Source of the DNA: Candidatus Micrarchaeia archaeon
GTDB taxonomy: Archaea; Micrarchaeota; Micrarchaeia; CABMEP01
Direction: 5' to 3'
Length of the DNA stretch: 64,000 bases
NCBI GenBank assembly: GCA_038881595.1
Contig: JAVZPM010000001.1
Span: 160,001-224,000, forward strand
Made by a program: the position numbers and the translations under genes
In this document: positions 30,376 to 38,571 of the stretch, in pieces
Layout of the letters: every line of letters starts with the position of its first letter
Position numbering within the stretch: the first letter of the stretch is position 1
The notes under the pieces: model-generated
Database searches by the model: none
Told to the model about the DNA's origin: nothing
The model's input: the letters and a program-made list of their open reading frames with translations, nothing else

Positions 30376-31590
30376 TTAGCTAAATAGAAGCTTAAGATAG
30401 AATAGAGGAGAAGAGAAGTTCTTCTTTGCTTCTTCGTTCACTATCATAGATGTAATTTCTTTTCTTATTTCTGGGTTTTTTGCTGCTTTATCTATCACTA
30501 AATTAAGAAGAAATTCAATCTTTCCTAATCTCTGCAGTAAGTAGCTCATCTCAAGCTCGCTCTTTAACTCTCTTTTTATTTCTTCTTCATATTCGCTTAA
30601 TATTTTCTTACTATAAACACCCATTCTGAGTGCTTTACTTATGGTTCTGAAAGCCAGCTTTCCGCTTAGCATCGCATTACCCATTCCCTCTCCAGAGAAA
30701 GGATCTATCAAAGAGGCCGCATCTCCGATCAAAACCCATCCATCTCCAGCTATATGTTTTCTTATCTTTGAACCCAACGGAAGGTTCCATCCTTTGATCT
30801 CGCTTATTAGTCTTGCATTCTTGAATCTTTCCTTAAACATCGGATTTTCCTTAATCTCTTTTTCCATTAGTTCTTTGAGATTGATGTTCTTAGCCTTTAC
30901 GTCTTTTGTAAGCATTCCTAATCCCACGTTTGCAGTTCCATCTTCATATGGGAATATCCAGAAATAGCCAGGTATTGCTGTCTTTGTGAAGTGAAGCTCT
31001 ATAACATCTTTCATTCCAGTTACTCCATCATAATATCCTCTTACTGCAACACAATGGTGCGCAGGATCAACTTCAAATACACCTACCTTTTGTGCAACTA
31101 CAGACATTGCACCATCTGCACCAACAACAACATTTGCATAATATCTCTGCTCCTTTCCATTCTTATCTTTACCTATAACACCTATCACTTGTTCGCCATC
31201 TTTAATCAAATCAGTCACAGTAAATTCTTCTAAAGTGTCAACATACTTCTTTGCTGCCTTAAATAGAATGTTATCAAGTATTTCTCTTCTACATACAAAT
31301 CCTTCTTGACCTTCGGTTCTGATTTCAAGGATTGTTCCTTTTGGTGATGAGAATATTACTCCATTGTTGACTCCATGTGCAACTTTCTTAATCTCAGGTA
31401 GGATTCCTAATTCCCTGAGAACAGAAATAGATTTTCCACTACAAGCATCTCCACATGTCTTATCTCTTGGAAACTTCGCCTTATCAATTAAAAGAACCTT
31501 TCTTCCTTCTCTTCCTAGGAAGTTTGCACACACAGACCCAGCAGGTCCTGCACCTACAATGATTACTTCATATTTGTTAGTAATTGCCAT
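30376..31590 (-). CDS. Geranylgeranyl reductase family FAD oxidoreductase
   Basis: GAGPAG, FPRDKTCG, GADG, PGYFWIFP and GDAA...PFSGEG motifs. Confidence 0.9.
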   Translation of the reverse strand: MAITNKYEVIIVGAGPAGSVCANFLGREGRKVLLIDKAKFPRDKTCGDACSGKSISVLRELGILPEIKKVAHGVNNGVIFSSPKGTILEIRTEGQEGFVCRREILDNILFKAAKKYVDTLEEFTVTDLIKDGEQVIGVIGKDKNGKEQRYYANVVVGADGAMSVVAQKVGVFEVDPAHHCVAVRGYYDGVTGMKDVIELHFTKTAIPGYFWIFPYEDGTANVGLGMLTKDVKAKNINLKELMEKEIKENPMFKERFKNARLISEIKGWNLPLGSKIRKHIAGDGWVLIGDAASLIDPFSGEGMGNAMLSGKLAFRTISKALRMGVYSKKILSEYEEEIKRELKSELEMSYLLQRLGKIEFLLNLVIDKAAKNPEIRKEITSMIVNEEAKKNFSSPLFYLKLLFS

Positions 31591-32167
31591 TTTTTCACCT
31601 ACAAATAGATGATATTATATGTAATTCAAAATAGATCACAGAAAATATTCTGTGAATAATATATTATGTAAATAAAGGAATATAAATATATCAGTCGCAA
31701 AGAGCTTACGCTAAGAGTATTAAAAATAATAAGAAGATAAGTTTGAGTGAAAGACACGAAGAGATTTGTGAGCAAGGAGATTTAGTATCAGCTGGCTCGC
31801 AGCTCGCGTAAGCTCGCTGCTTACACCACTGACCTATCAAACGGGTCTGCTACCCGCTCTCACGTCTGCCTAGTTTTGGGCAATCCTTCGACCTTAGATG
31901 CTTTCAGGTCTTATGATTTGGCGCGTGGCTGCCCGGCGATGCTTGTTACAACCGGTACACTAGAGGCGCCCGTCCCATGTTCCTCTCGTACTAGTGGGGC
32001 GTTCCCCTCAGGCAGATGCAATCCTAGTAGATACTACCGTACTGTCTCGCGACGTACTGAACCCAACTCGTGTATCTCTTTAATGGATGAACAAACCAAC
32101 CCTTGGGCGCTCCTGCACGCCCAGGATGAGATAGGTCGACAGCGATGTACCAAGCCGCGGGGTCGAT

Positions 32168-32212
32168 ATGTACGCGACAGACTAGTGATCTAACGAAGAC
32201 TAAGCTGTCGCA
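32168..32212 (-). other. 23S rRNA intron, 45 nt, helix 89 loop
   Basis: BHB: GA/UC, GUAC/GUAC central helix, bulges CC^U and AU^A; splicing restores GAGAGUACCCAUCGAC. Confidence 0.85.
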
Positions 32213-32239
32213 GGGTACTCTCGCCCGCGACGAGCCTGT

Positions 32240-32336
32240 TTTGGGTCTTCACAGCTACAGAAAAGGACAACAAAAATACGATATGAATATCGGAGAGGAG
32301 TGTATGTCCAAGGTGATGTGGTGCAACTGAGAAGAT
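32240..32336 (-). other. 23S rRNA intron, 97 nt, peptidyl-transferase centre (about E. coli 2450)
   Basis: Interrupts GGGGGUA|ACAGG; terminal helix UCUUC.CAGUUGCA/UGUAGCUG.GAAGA; BHB-like with one central mismatch. Confidence 0.85.
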
Positions 32337-32478
32337 TACCCCCGAGGTAACTTGTCTGACAGACTGAGCCCTTAACAAAAGGATTTCAGTGTTCGTTAAG
32401 CCCGGCTTTCGCCTCTGCGTCCCACGCTTTTAAGGACACAGTCAGCCCTGCATTTCTCTTTAACCGTCTTCACCCGAC

Positions 32479-32591
32479 GTTCAGTGGCCGCACGATGATA
32501 TGCGTCATTCGCTGTTCAACCTCATCACTAAATCGCAGTAGGATTCTGCGTCAGAGGTTGTTCATTATATCATCCGCCACCATGCGGTCAT
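32479..32591 (-). other. 23S rRNA intron, 113 nt, helix 84 loop (about E. coli 2310)
   Basis: Canonical BHB: ACCCGG/UCGGGU, UCAG/CUGA, bulges AA^A and AC^G; splicing restores the 9-nt loop GUCAGAAGU. Confidence 0.9.
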
Positions 32592-35032
32592 TTCTGACCG
32601 GGTTGAGCAGAGCTTTGGGCGCCCTTATTTCCTTATTGAGGGCGTACTGCCCCAGCCAAACTATCCACCTGCCGCTGTCCCCTTTCAGGTAAGAAACACA
32701 AGAATTGAAGAGTGGTGTTACACTTTCGCATCCACCTCAGCCGCAACCGAGGTTTCTACGCTCCCACTTACTCTCTGCAACAATCCCTGAGTTCCAACAA
32801 CAGGCTATAGTAAAGTTCTACGGGGTCTTCGTTTCCCACTAGGATTCCTCCGCATATTCACGGAGCAGTGAGTTCACTAGGTCCCTCGTTGGGACAGTGG
32901 GAGAGTCGTTATGCCCTTCATGCAAGTCGCCAATTAAGCGACGAGGTATTACGCTACCTTAAGAGGATCAGAGTTATCCCCGCTCTTCGCCAGCCCTTAG
33001 ATCTCTTGAACGAGATTTTCGGGTACTGGTAGTGAGCAGGCATCGGCAACCATACAAGACCTTACGATTTTGCGGTTACCTGTGTTTTTGATAAACAGTC
33101 GCTCTCCCCTTGTTACTGAGACCTGCACATGCACCTTAAGATACAAGCGCAGGCAACCCTTCTACCGAAGATACGGGTCTAATTTGCCGAATTCCCTAAC
33201 GAGAGTTCCCCTACCACGCCTAAGCCTTTTCAGCTAGCCACACTTGTACTAGTTCTAGGTACGGTCATAGTGGATCGGATAGGAACACTTTTCACGGGTC
33301 CAAGGCCTCAACAGAACCCCCAAACGAGGGCTATTCGCGCCTTATACTGCTTCTCCTCATAACGAGACTCCACAGTACTATGTCGCTTAAACAGGGTCTC
33401 CCCTGCTCTGCCTAGCCTCAGACGTCATGTTCCTACCTTGCGTTGCCGCGTCTACCACTATGGTACAGGAATATTAACCTGTTTCCCATTCGTCTCCTAG
33501 TAATTAGCTGGAGCCTTAGGACCGACTAACTCTTGGCTGACGAACGTTGCCAAGAAAACCGTGGGCTTTCGGCGTACTGGATTCTCACCAGTATTTGCTG
33601 CTACTAACTCCAGGATATTTATTGCAATACGGTCCATTGGAGCTCACACCCCAACTTCTCTCCGTACCGCACACCTCCCTACCGGATCACACCTTTCGGG
33701 TGTGCCCTTGGGTCTCAGCATCCAGCTTTAGTCCCGTACATTTTCGGCCTGTATATTTCTCCCAACAAATGTTGGTGTCGGACGGTCCGCTATTACGCGT
33801 TGCTTAGACGATGGCTGCTTCTAAGCCTACGTCCCGTCTGTCTAGAAATATACATTCCTTGTGGCTTCACACTTAGCTGGAATTTAGGGGCTTTAACCCA
33901 AGACTCGTTCGTTCACGTCACGGCTCGCTAGCTTACCCAGCGAAACCCGACTCCCTGCTTCTACGATGATTGTAGATTCGGAGTTTGACAAGAAAGCAGG
34001 CTCTTTCGAACCTATTCTTTCTAATCAGTGCTCTACCCCACAATCCATCTCCACAGGGGTCATCCTGAGGGATGCTTCGGGAGGAACCCGCTATCGCGGT
34101 GCTCGATTGGACTTTCACCCCTACACAGGAGTCACCTAAGCAGATATACTAGCACTAGTTGCGGCCCTCCACCAGTCGTTAGACCGGCTTCAGCCTGCTC
34201 CAGTGTAGATCGCAACCGTTTCGGGTCAGATAATAGTGACTAAACGCACTTTCGTACGATGCACCTCGTTCAGCACTGCGTGCAATTCGCTTTCGCTCCG
34301 CCTTTCGGCTCGCCACTACTATCTACTCCCTGGATCTTGATTCGAGAAGTACGATACGATACTGGTCCAGAGTCATCGTACAACAGCATTGCTGCTGCTT
34401 CCTTTTGACTCCTTCGTCCCTTTCATACCGTATCAACCTGTGACCATTCAGTTTCAGGCACTTTTAACTCCCATTTCTGGGTTCTTTTCAGCGTTCGCTC
34501 ACGCTACTAATCCGCTATCGGTCTTGGTTACCTGTTTAGAATTGGATGTTGCTCCACCCATCTTCATACTGGATTACCAACCAGTATTACTCTTTTCGTC
34601 TCCCTCCTTCACCTTTTGCTTACGGGGCTCTCACCCTGTGTCGCGCAGCATTCCAGCTGACTTCAGCTCCAGTAAAGGATGGTTGAGACGCCCACATCTC
34701 CTGTACATTACTGCACAGGATTCAGTTTGTTCTCTCCGGCTTTCGCTCGCCGTTACTAACCGGATCCCGATTGGTTTCTCTTCCTGCGGCTACTAAGATG
34801 TTTCAATTCACCGCGTGTTTACCTGTCTCCAGGCACACAGAGATCGACGGATCAACGCTTGCTTGCAGCTACCCGTCGCTTATCGCAGCTTGCCACGTCT
34901 GCTTGAAAACCAAGCCTAGCCATCCCCTGAATGGCGTAGCACTCACAAATACAGTGATTATCACTGCTTCGTGTCTTTCACTCAAACATATATTCGCATG
35001 ATGCACGCATCATCCATTCGGAAGACGCGTTA

Positions 35033-35209
35033 TGGACTCGGCGTGAATTACGCACAGCCTCCTCTTAGGAGACCACGTTTCGAACACGCAGCCTCCTCCT
35101 ATCTTGGAAACTTTCTTATAAAGAAAGTTTCATCAAAGAAGTCTTGATGAAACTTCTTTCCTAAGAAAGTTCTTGCAAAGGAGGCGCTCTACCATTGAGC
35201 TACGAGCCC
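35033..35209 (-). tRNA. tRNA-Ala(TGC) in the rRNA spacer with two introns (35101-35173 at 37/38; 35047-35078 at 59/60)
   Basis: GGGCTCG/CGAGTCC acceptor stem; CCTCC-TT-TGC-A^A-GGAGG; T-loop TTCGAA^T; both introns form BHB motifs. Confidence 0.92.
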
Positions 35210-35448
35210 ATGATCTATACTTCAGAATTCAATTACAACATTCCGTGCCTTGCTTGATGCGCTATGATTATAATTCATAACTAAATGGAATTGTGCACAC
35301 TTGAAACCAATTTAATTAATAAATTGGAGGTGATCTATCCGCAGGTTCCCCTACGGATACCTTGTTACGACTTAGCCCCCCTCATAAAAACTTGGCTCGA
35401 TACCATCAGTTTCCCAATAGTGCCTCACCAAGTTCTCACTTGGGTGAC

Positions 35449-35489
<41 letters not shown>

Positions 35490-35643
35490 CACGATTGTGA
35501 CATGCGATTACTAGGCATTCCAGCTTCATGAGGGCGAGTTTCAGCCCTCAATCCGGACTTAGATTGGGTTTGGGGATTAGCTTCTCCTCTCGGAGTTGCA
35601 GCCCATTGTCCCAACCATTGTAGGCCACGTGTAGCCCGGGAGA

Positions 35644-36411
35644 TTAGGGCCATACTGACTTCGGTTGATTGTTGGTCAAATAAGTATAAAGTTCCTTTTC
35701 ATTTTTAAATATTAAATCAAAAGGACCTTTTAATTCTTCAACATCTGTTTTCTGCAAAGGTAATTTAGTTTCGATAACAGCTATAAGTTTTATATCACCT
35801 TTAACAAATTTTAGTTTATATCCTTGATATGCCAATTCTTTGATTTTCATCGTCTGTTCTCTCCGTTTAAAGGTTTCAAGACGTTTGCATTCAATTGCAA
35901 TGTTCAAGTCTTGTAAATAAAAATCAACAATAGACTTTTTTGTGATCGGATAATTGGTTTTGAAACGTATGCCAACACTTTCTAATATTTGAGCGATTTC
36001 ATTTTCTTGTTTTGTGCATTTTCTGGAGTTTGCAGCTACCAAGGCTCCTTTAATCCGCGCCTCATCTGCTTTCTCATTTTTATTTGCTCCAAACCATCCT
36101 TTTGATTCAGACAACGATCTTTCAAAACTCTGTAAGATTTTAGATTTTGAGATTTCAGTGTTTCTAAGTTTATCTAGAATTTTCATCGCTGTCTTTTCTT
36201 GCATTCTTTTTATTTTTCCTGTTTCATATTTGCTAACATTCTTATTCATTCCAATGAATTTCTCAAATGATGTTTGAGAAAGTCCAATCGAAAGTCTAAA
36301 TAAAAGCAAATATTTAGGATTTTCTGTAATAGCTTTTAAAGGGTCGCTTGTTTTGATAAATTCATCATACAACTCTAAGAGTTTTTCTTTCGTTATCTGA
36401 ATTTTTGGCAT
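35644..36411 (-). CDS. Intron-encoded XRE-HTH plus PD-(D/E)XK (Vsr/DUF559-like) putative homing endonuclease
   Basis: HTH: RLSIGLSQTSFEKFIG...VSKYETGK; nuclease: ENEIAQIL...VDFYL...IAIECK; TTTTAAA box about 25 nt upstream; the linear stop codon lies in the 3' exon. Confidence 0.8.
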   Translation of the reverse strand: MPKIQITKEKLLELYDEFIKTSDPLKAITENPKYLLLFRLSIGLSQTSFEKFIGMNKNVSKYETGKIKRMQEKTAMKILDKLRNTEISKSKILQSFERSLSESKGWFGANKNEKADEARIKGALVAANSRKCTKQENEIAQILESVGIRFKTNYPITKKSIVDFYLQDLNIAIECKRLETFKRREQTMKIKELAYQGYKLKFVKGDIKLIAVIETKLPLQKTDVEELKGPFDLIFKNEKELYTYLTNNQPKSVWP

Positions 36412-36459
36412 GTATTTATTACAGAGCAAGCGTTTAAAAGATTACTGACCAACAACCAT
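35660..36459 (-). mobile_element. 16S rRNA intron, 800 nt, after about E. coli 1197, protein-coding
   Basis: BHB: CGGU/ACCG, bulges AG^A and AA^G, 13-bp terminal helix; splicing restores GACGGUAGGUCAGUAUG; AT-rich interior. Confidence 0.93.
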
Positions 36460-36738
36460 CTACCGTCGCCCTCTCCTTCCTCTGTTTTAACAACAGCGGT
36501 CTCCTTAGAGTGCCTTCAATCCGGAGATTGAAGTAGCAACTAAGGACGAGGGTCTCGCTCGTTGCTGGACTTAACCAGACAGTTCACACCACGAGCTGAC
36601 GATGGCCATGCAGCACCTCTCGGCTTGTCAGGTAAGATCTTTAGTCTGACCTTCATCCTGCCGTCGCTCCCGGTAATATTCCCGGCGTTGAATCCAATTA
36701 AACCGCAGCCTCCACGCCTTGTGGTGCTCCCCCGCCAA

Positions 36739-37338
36739 TTCAGGAGAGTGAAGCAATAAGTTTTTTCATTCTATCATATTTTTCTTTATTACGACTTTTA
36801 ATATAAGCATAAAATTTTCTGATTCCATCCTTTCTAGTTATTCTAATCTGCCAAATTTGACTTGTATAAGTCAAATTTGTTGTTTTTATACCTTGAGTTA
36901 AGAGAAATTCCTTTATGAATTCAAGTGTTTCTTTACACTTTTGACTAAATGAGATATATTTTTGAGTTGCAAAGTCTGGATCTTTAGGTAATCCACCATC
37001 TGCATCCCAGAAGCCACTTACATATTCCCATTTTTCTTCATCCGTTCCTTTTTTTACATTATTTGGCGTCATCCAATTTTTTTGTGGTTTTTTATATTCG
37101 CAATCTTTTATCATTTGTTGAATAATTTTCTTGTTGTTCAATCTTAAAAGATTGCCGGAAATCTTGGGTTTTACATTATAATTTTCAGAAATTATCTTAG
37201 CGACTTCATAGAGCCATTCGCTATGCTTCTGGTAAATTCTTAATGCGTAATTTTTACCTTCTCTTATATCGAAATTTCCATCTCGTAAGGCACCCATTAG
37301 ATAAAAAATACTTTTATTTTTCATATTACTTCACTCCT
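36739..37338 (-). mobile_element. 16S rRNA intron, 600 nt, after about E. coli 919, encoding a LAGLIDADG endonuclease
   Basis: Interrupts AAACUUAAAGGAA|UUGGCGGG; terminal helix GGAGUGAAGUAAUA/UAUUGCUUCACUCU; BHB-like. Confidence 0.93.
36740..37324 (-). CDS. Two-motif LAGLIDADG homing endonuclease
   Basis: YLMGALRDGNF and YVSGFWDADGG motifs; ISFSQK; GGAGTGA RBS within the intron stem. Confidence 0.92.
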   Translation of the reverse strand: MKNKSIFYLMGALRDGNFDIREGKNYALRIYQKHSEWLYEVAKIISENYNVKPKISGNLLRLNNKKIIQQMIKDCEYKKPQKNWMTPNNVKKGTDEEKWEYVSGFWDADGGLPKDPDFATQKYISFSQKCKETLEFIKEFLLTQGIKTTNLTYTSQIWQIRITRKDGIRKFYAYIKSRNKEKYDRMKKLIASLS

Positions 37339-37740
37339 TTCCTTTAAGTTTTAAGCTTGCGCTCGTACTCCCCAGGTGGCGGACTTAACGCCTACGCTAC
37401 GGCACTGCCATAACCCTAAGTTACGGCAACACCTAGGTCCGCATCATTTACTGCTAGGGCTACACGGGTATCTAATCCGTTTCGTTCTCCTAGCCTTCGC
37501 ACCTCACCGTCAGACATGTTTTAGCCAGACGCCTTCGCCGCTGGGGGTCCGTACAGGATTAACGGATTTTACCCCTACTCTGTACGTACCTCTGGCCTCC
37601 CCCATTCTCAAGCCTGTTAGTATTCTCTGCACGCCCCTCAGTTAGGCTGAAGGATTTCACAGAGAACACAACAAGCCAGCTACGTGCGCTTTAGACCCAA
37701 TATACGTGGGTACCACTCGGGCCGCCAGTATTACCGCGGC

Positions 37741-37777
37741 TTCCAGTCTAATAACATAACGTGCAATGTTATTAGAA
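37741..37777 (-). other. 16S rRNA hairpin intron, 37 nt, after about E. coli 523
   Basis: BHB: CCAG/CUGG, bulges CC^U and AA^G, 11-bp helix; splicing restores GUGCCAGCCGCCGCGG. Confidence 0.92.
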
Positions 37778-38536
37778 GGCTGGCACTGGTCTTACCCGGC
37801 CCTTATTCCCCCTGCTATTTACACAGAGGAAAAGACTCTCCGAAGAGAGCCACTCAGAATCCCCTTGTCACGCTTTCGCGCATTGCAAAATTTTCGCGCC
37901 TGCTGCATCCCGTAGGACTAGGGCCCTTGTCTCAGTGCCCTTCTGGGGGCTCCAACTCCCATTGCCCCTACCGATTATCGGTTTGGTGAGCCGTTACCTC
38001 ACCAACTGCCTAATCGGCCGCAGTCCCATCCTTAAGCCCGCTAGATACAATTCTCTAGCAGATTTAAACCAGGGGTCGTTCCAGATCCCCAGGCCTATAG
38101 GGTATTATCCTCAGTTTCCCGAGGTTATCCCCTTCTTAAGGTTAGGTTGACTACGTGTTACTCAGCCGTACGCCACGACACCATAAGATGTCGTCGACTT
38201 GCATGGCTTAGTCGGATTCTGATAGCAGTACCCTCCAGCAGGATCAACTGGAAATGCTGTATCCTTCCTTTCTGTGTGAATCACACTAGAGTGTGATGCC
38301 AGCTCCACAGAAATTCAGAATACAGACTACGTATTGTACTGCGCATTCAAGCTTACTCTTAGCGAGTGAGCACAGAATGTCCTTGCTGAATTCTGAAGTA
38401 TATCAAACCTGAATATACATCTCAGGTTCTCATGAATAGAGACTATATGCCCTAGTGGAATTTCAATTCATTGCGCGAGAAATAGATTCGCACTCCTCTT
38501 TGCCGTGCTAAGGCGGTAAGATATATTATGTAATTA

Positions 38537-38550
38537 AGATTTATAAATGT
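38537..38550 (-). promoter_or_regulatory. Putative rRNA operon promoter (TATA box)
   Basis: TTTATAAA about 25 nt upstream of the start of the GC-rich structured leader (~38515). Confidence 0.6.
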
Positions 38551-38571
38551 TTCTATAGTCTGATATCACAT

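Larger units (their letters stand above)
31770..34940 (-). rRNA. rrl: 23S rRNA with three BHB introns (ends approximate)
   Basis: Conserved LSU segments (sarcin-ricin loop AGTACGAGAGGAAC, PTC, A-loop); flanked by a perfect 21-bp processing stem, 31741-31761 with 34967-34987. Confidence 0.97.

Noticed and set aside
32240..32336. Possible group I intron, since LSU ~2449 is a common group I site
   Set aside because: Only 97 nt, with no P3-P7 core and no terminal G; BHB-type geometry explains it.
36562..38150. Plus-strand ORFs over 16S exons
   Set aside because: Antisense to rRNA with no coding features.
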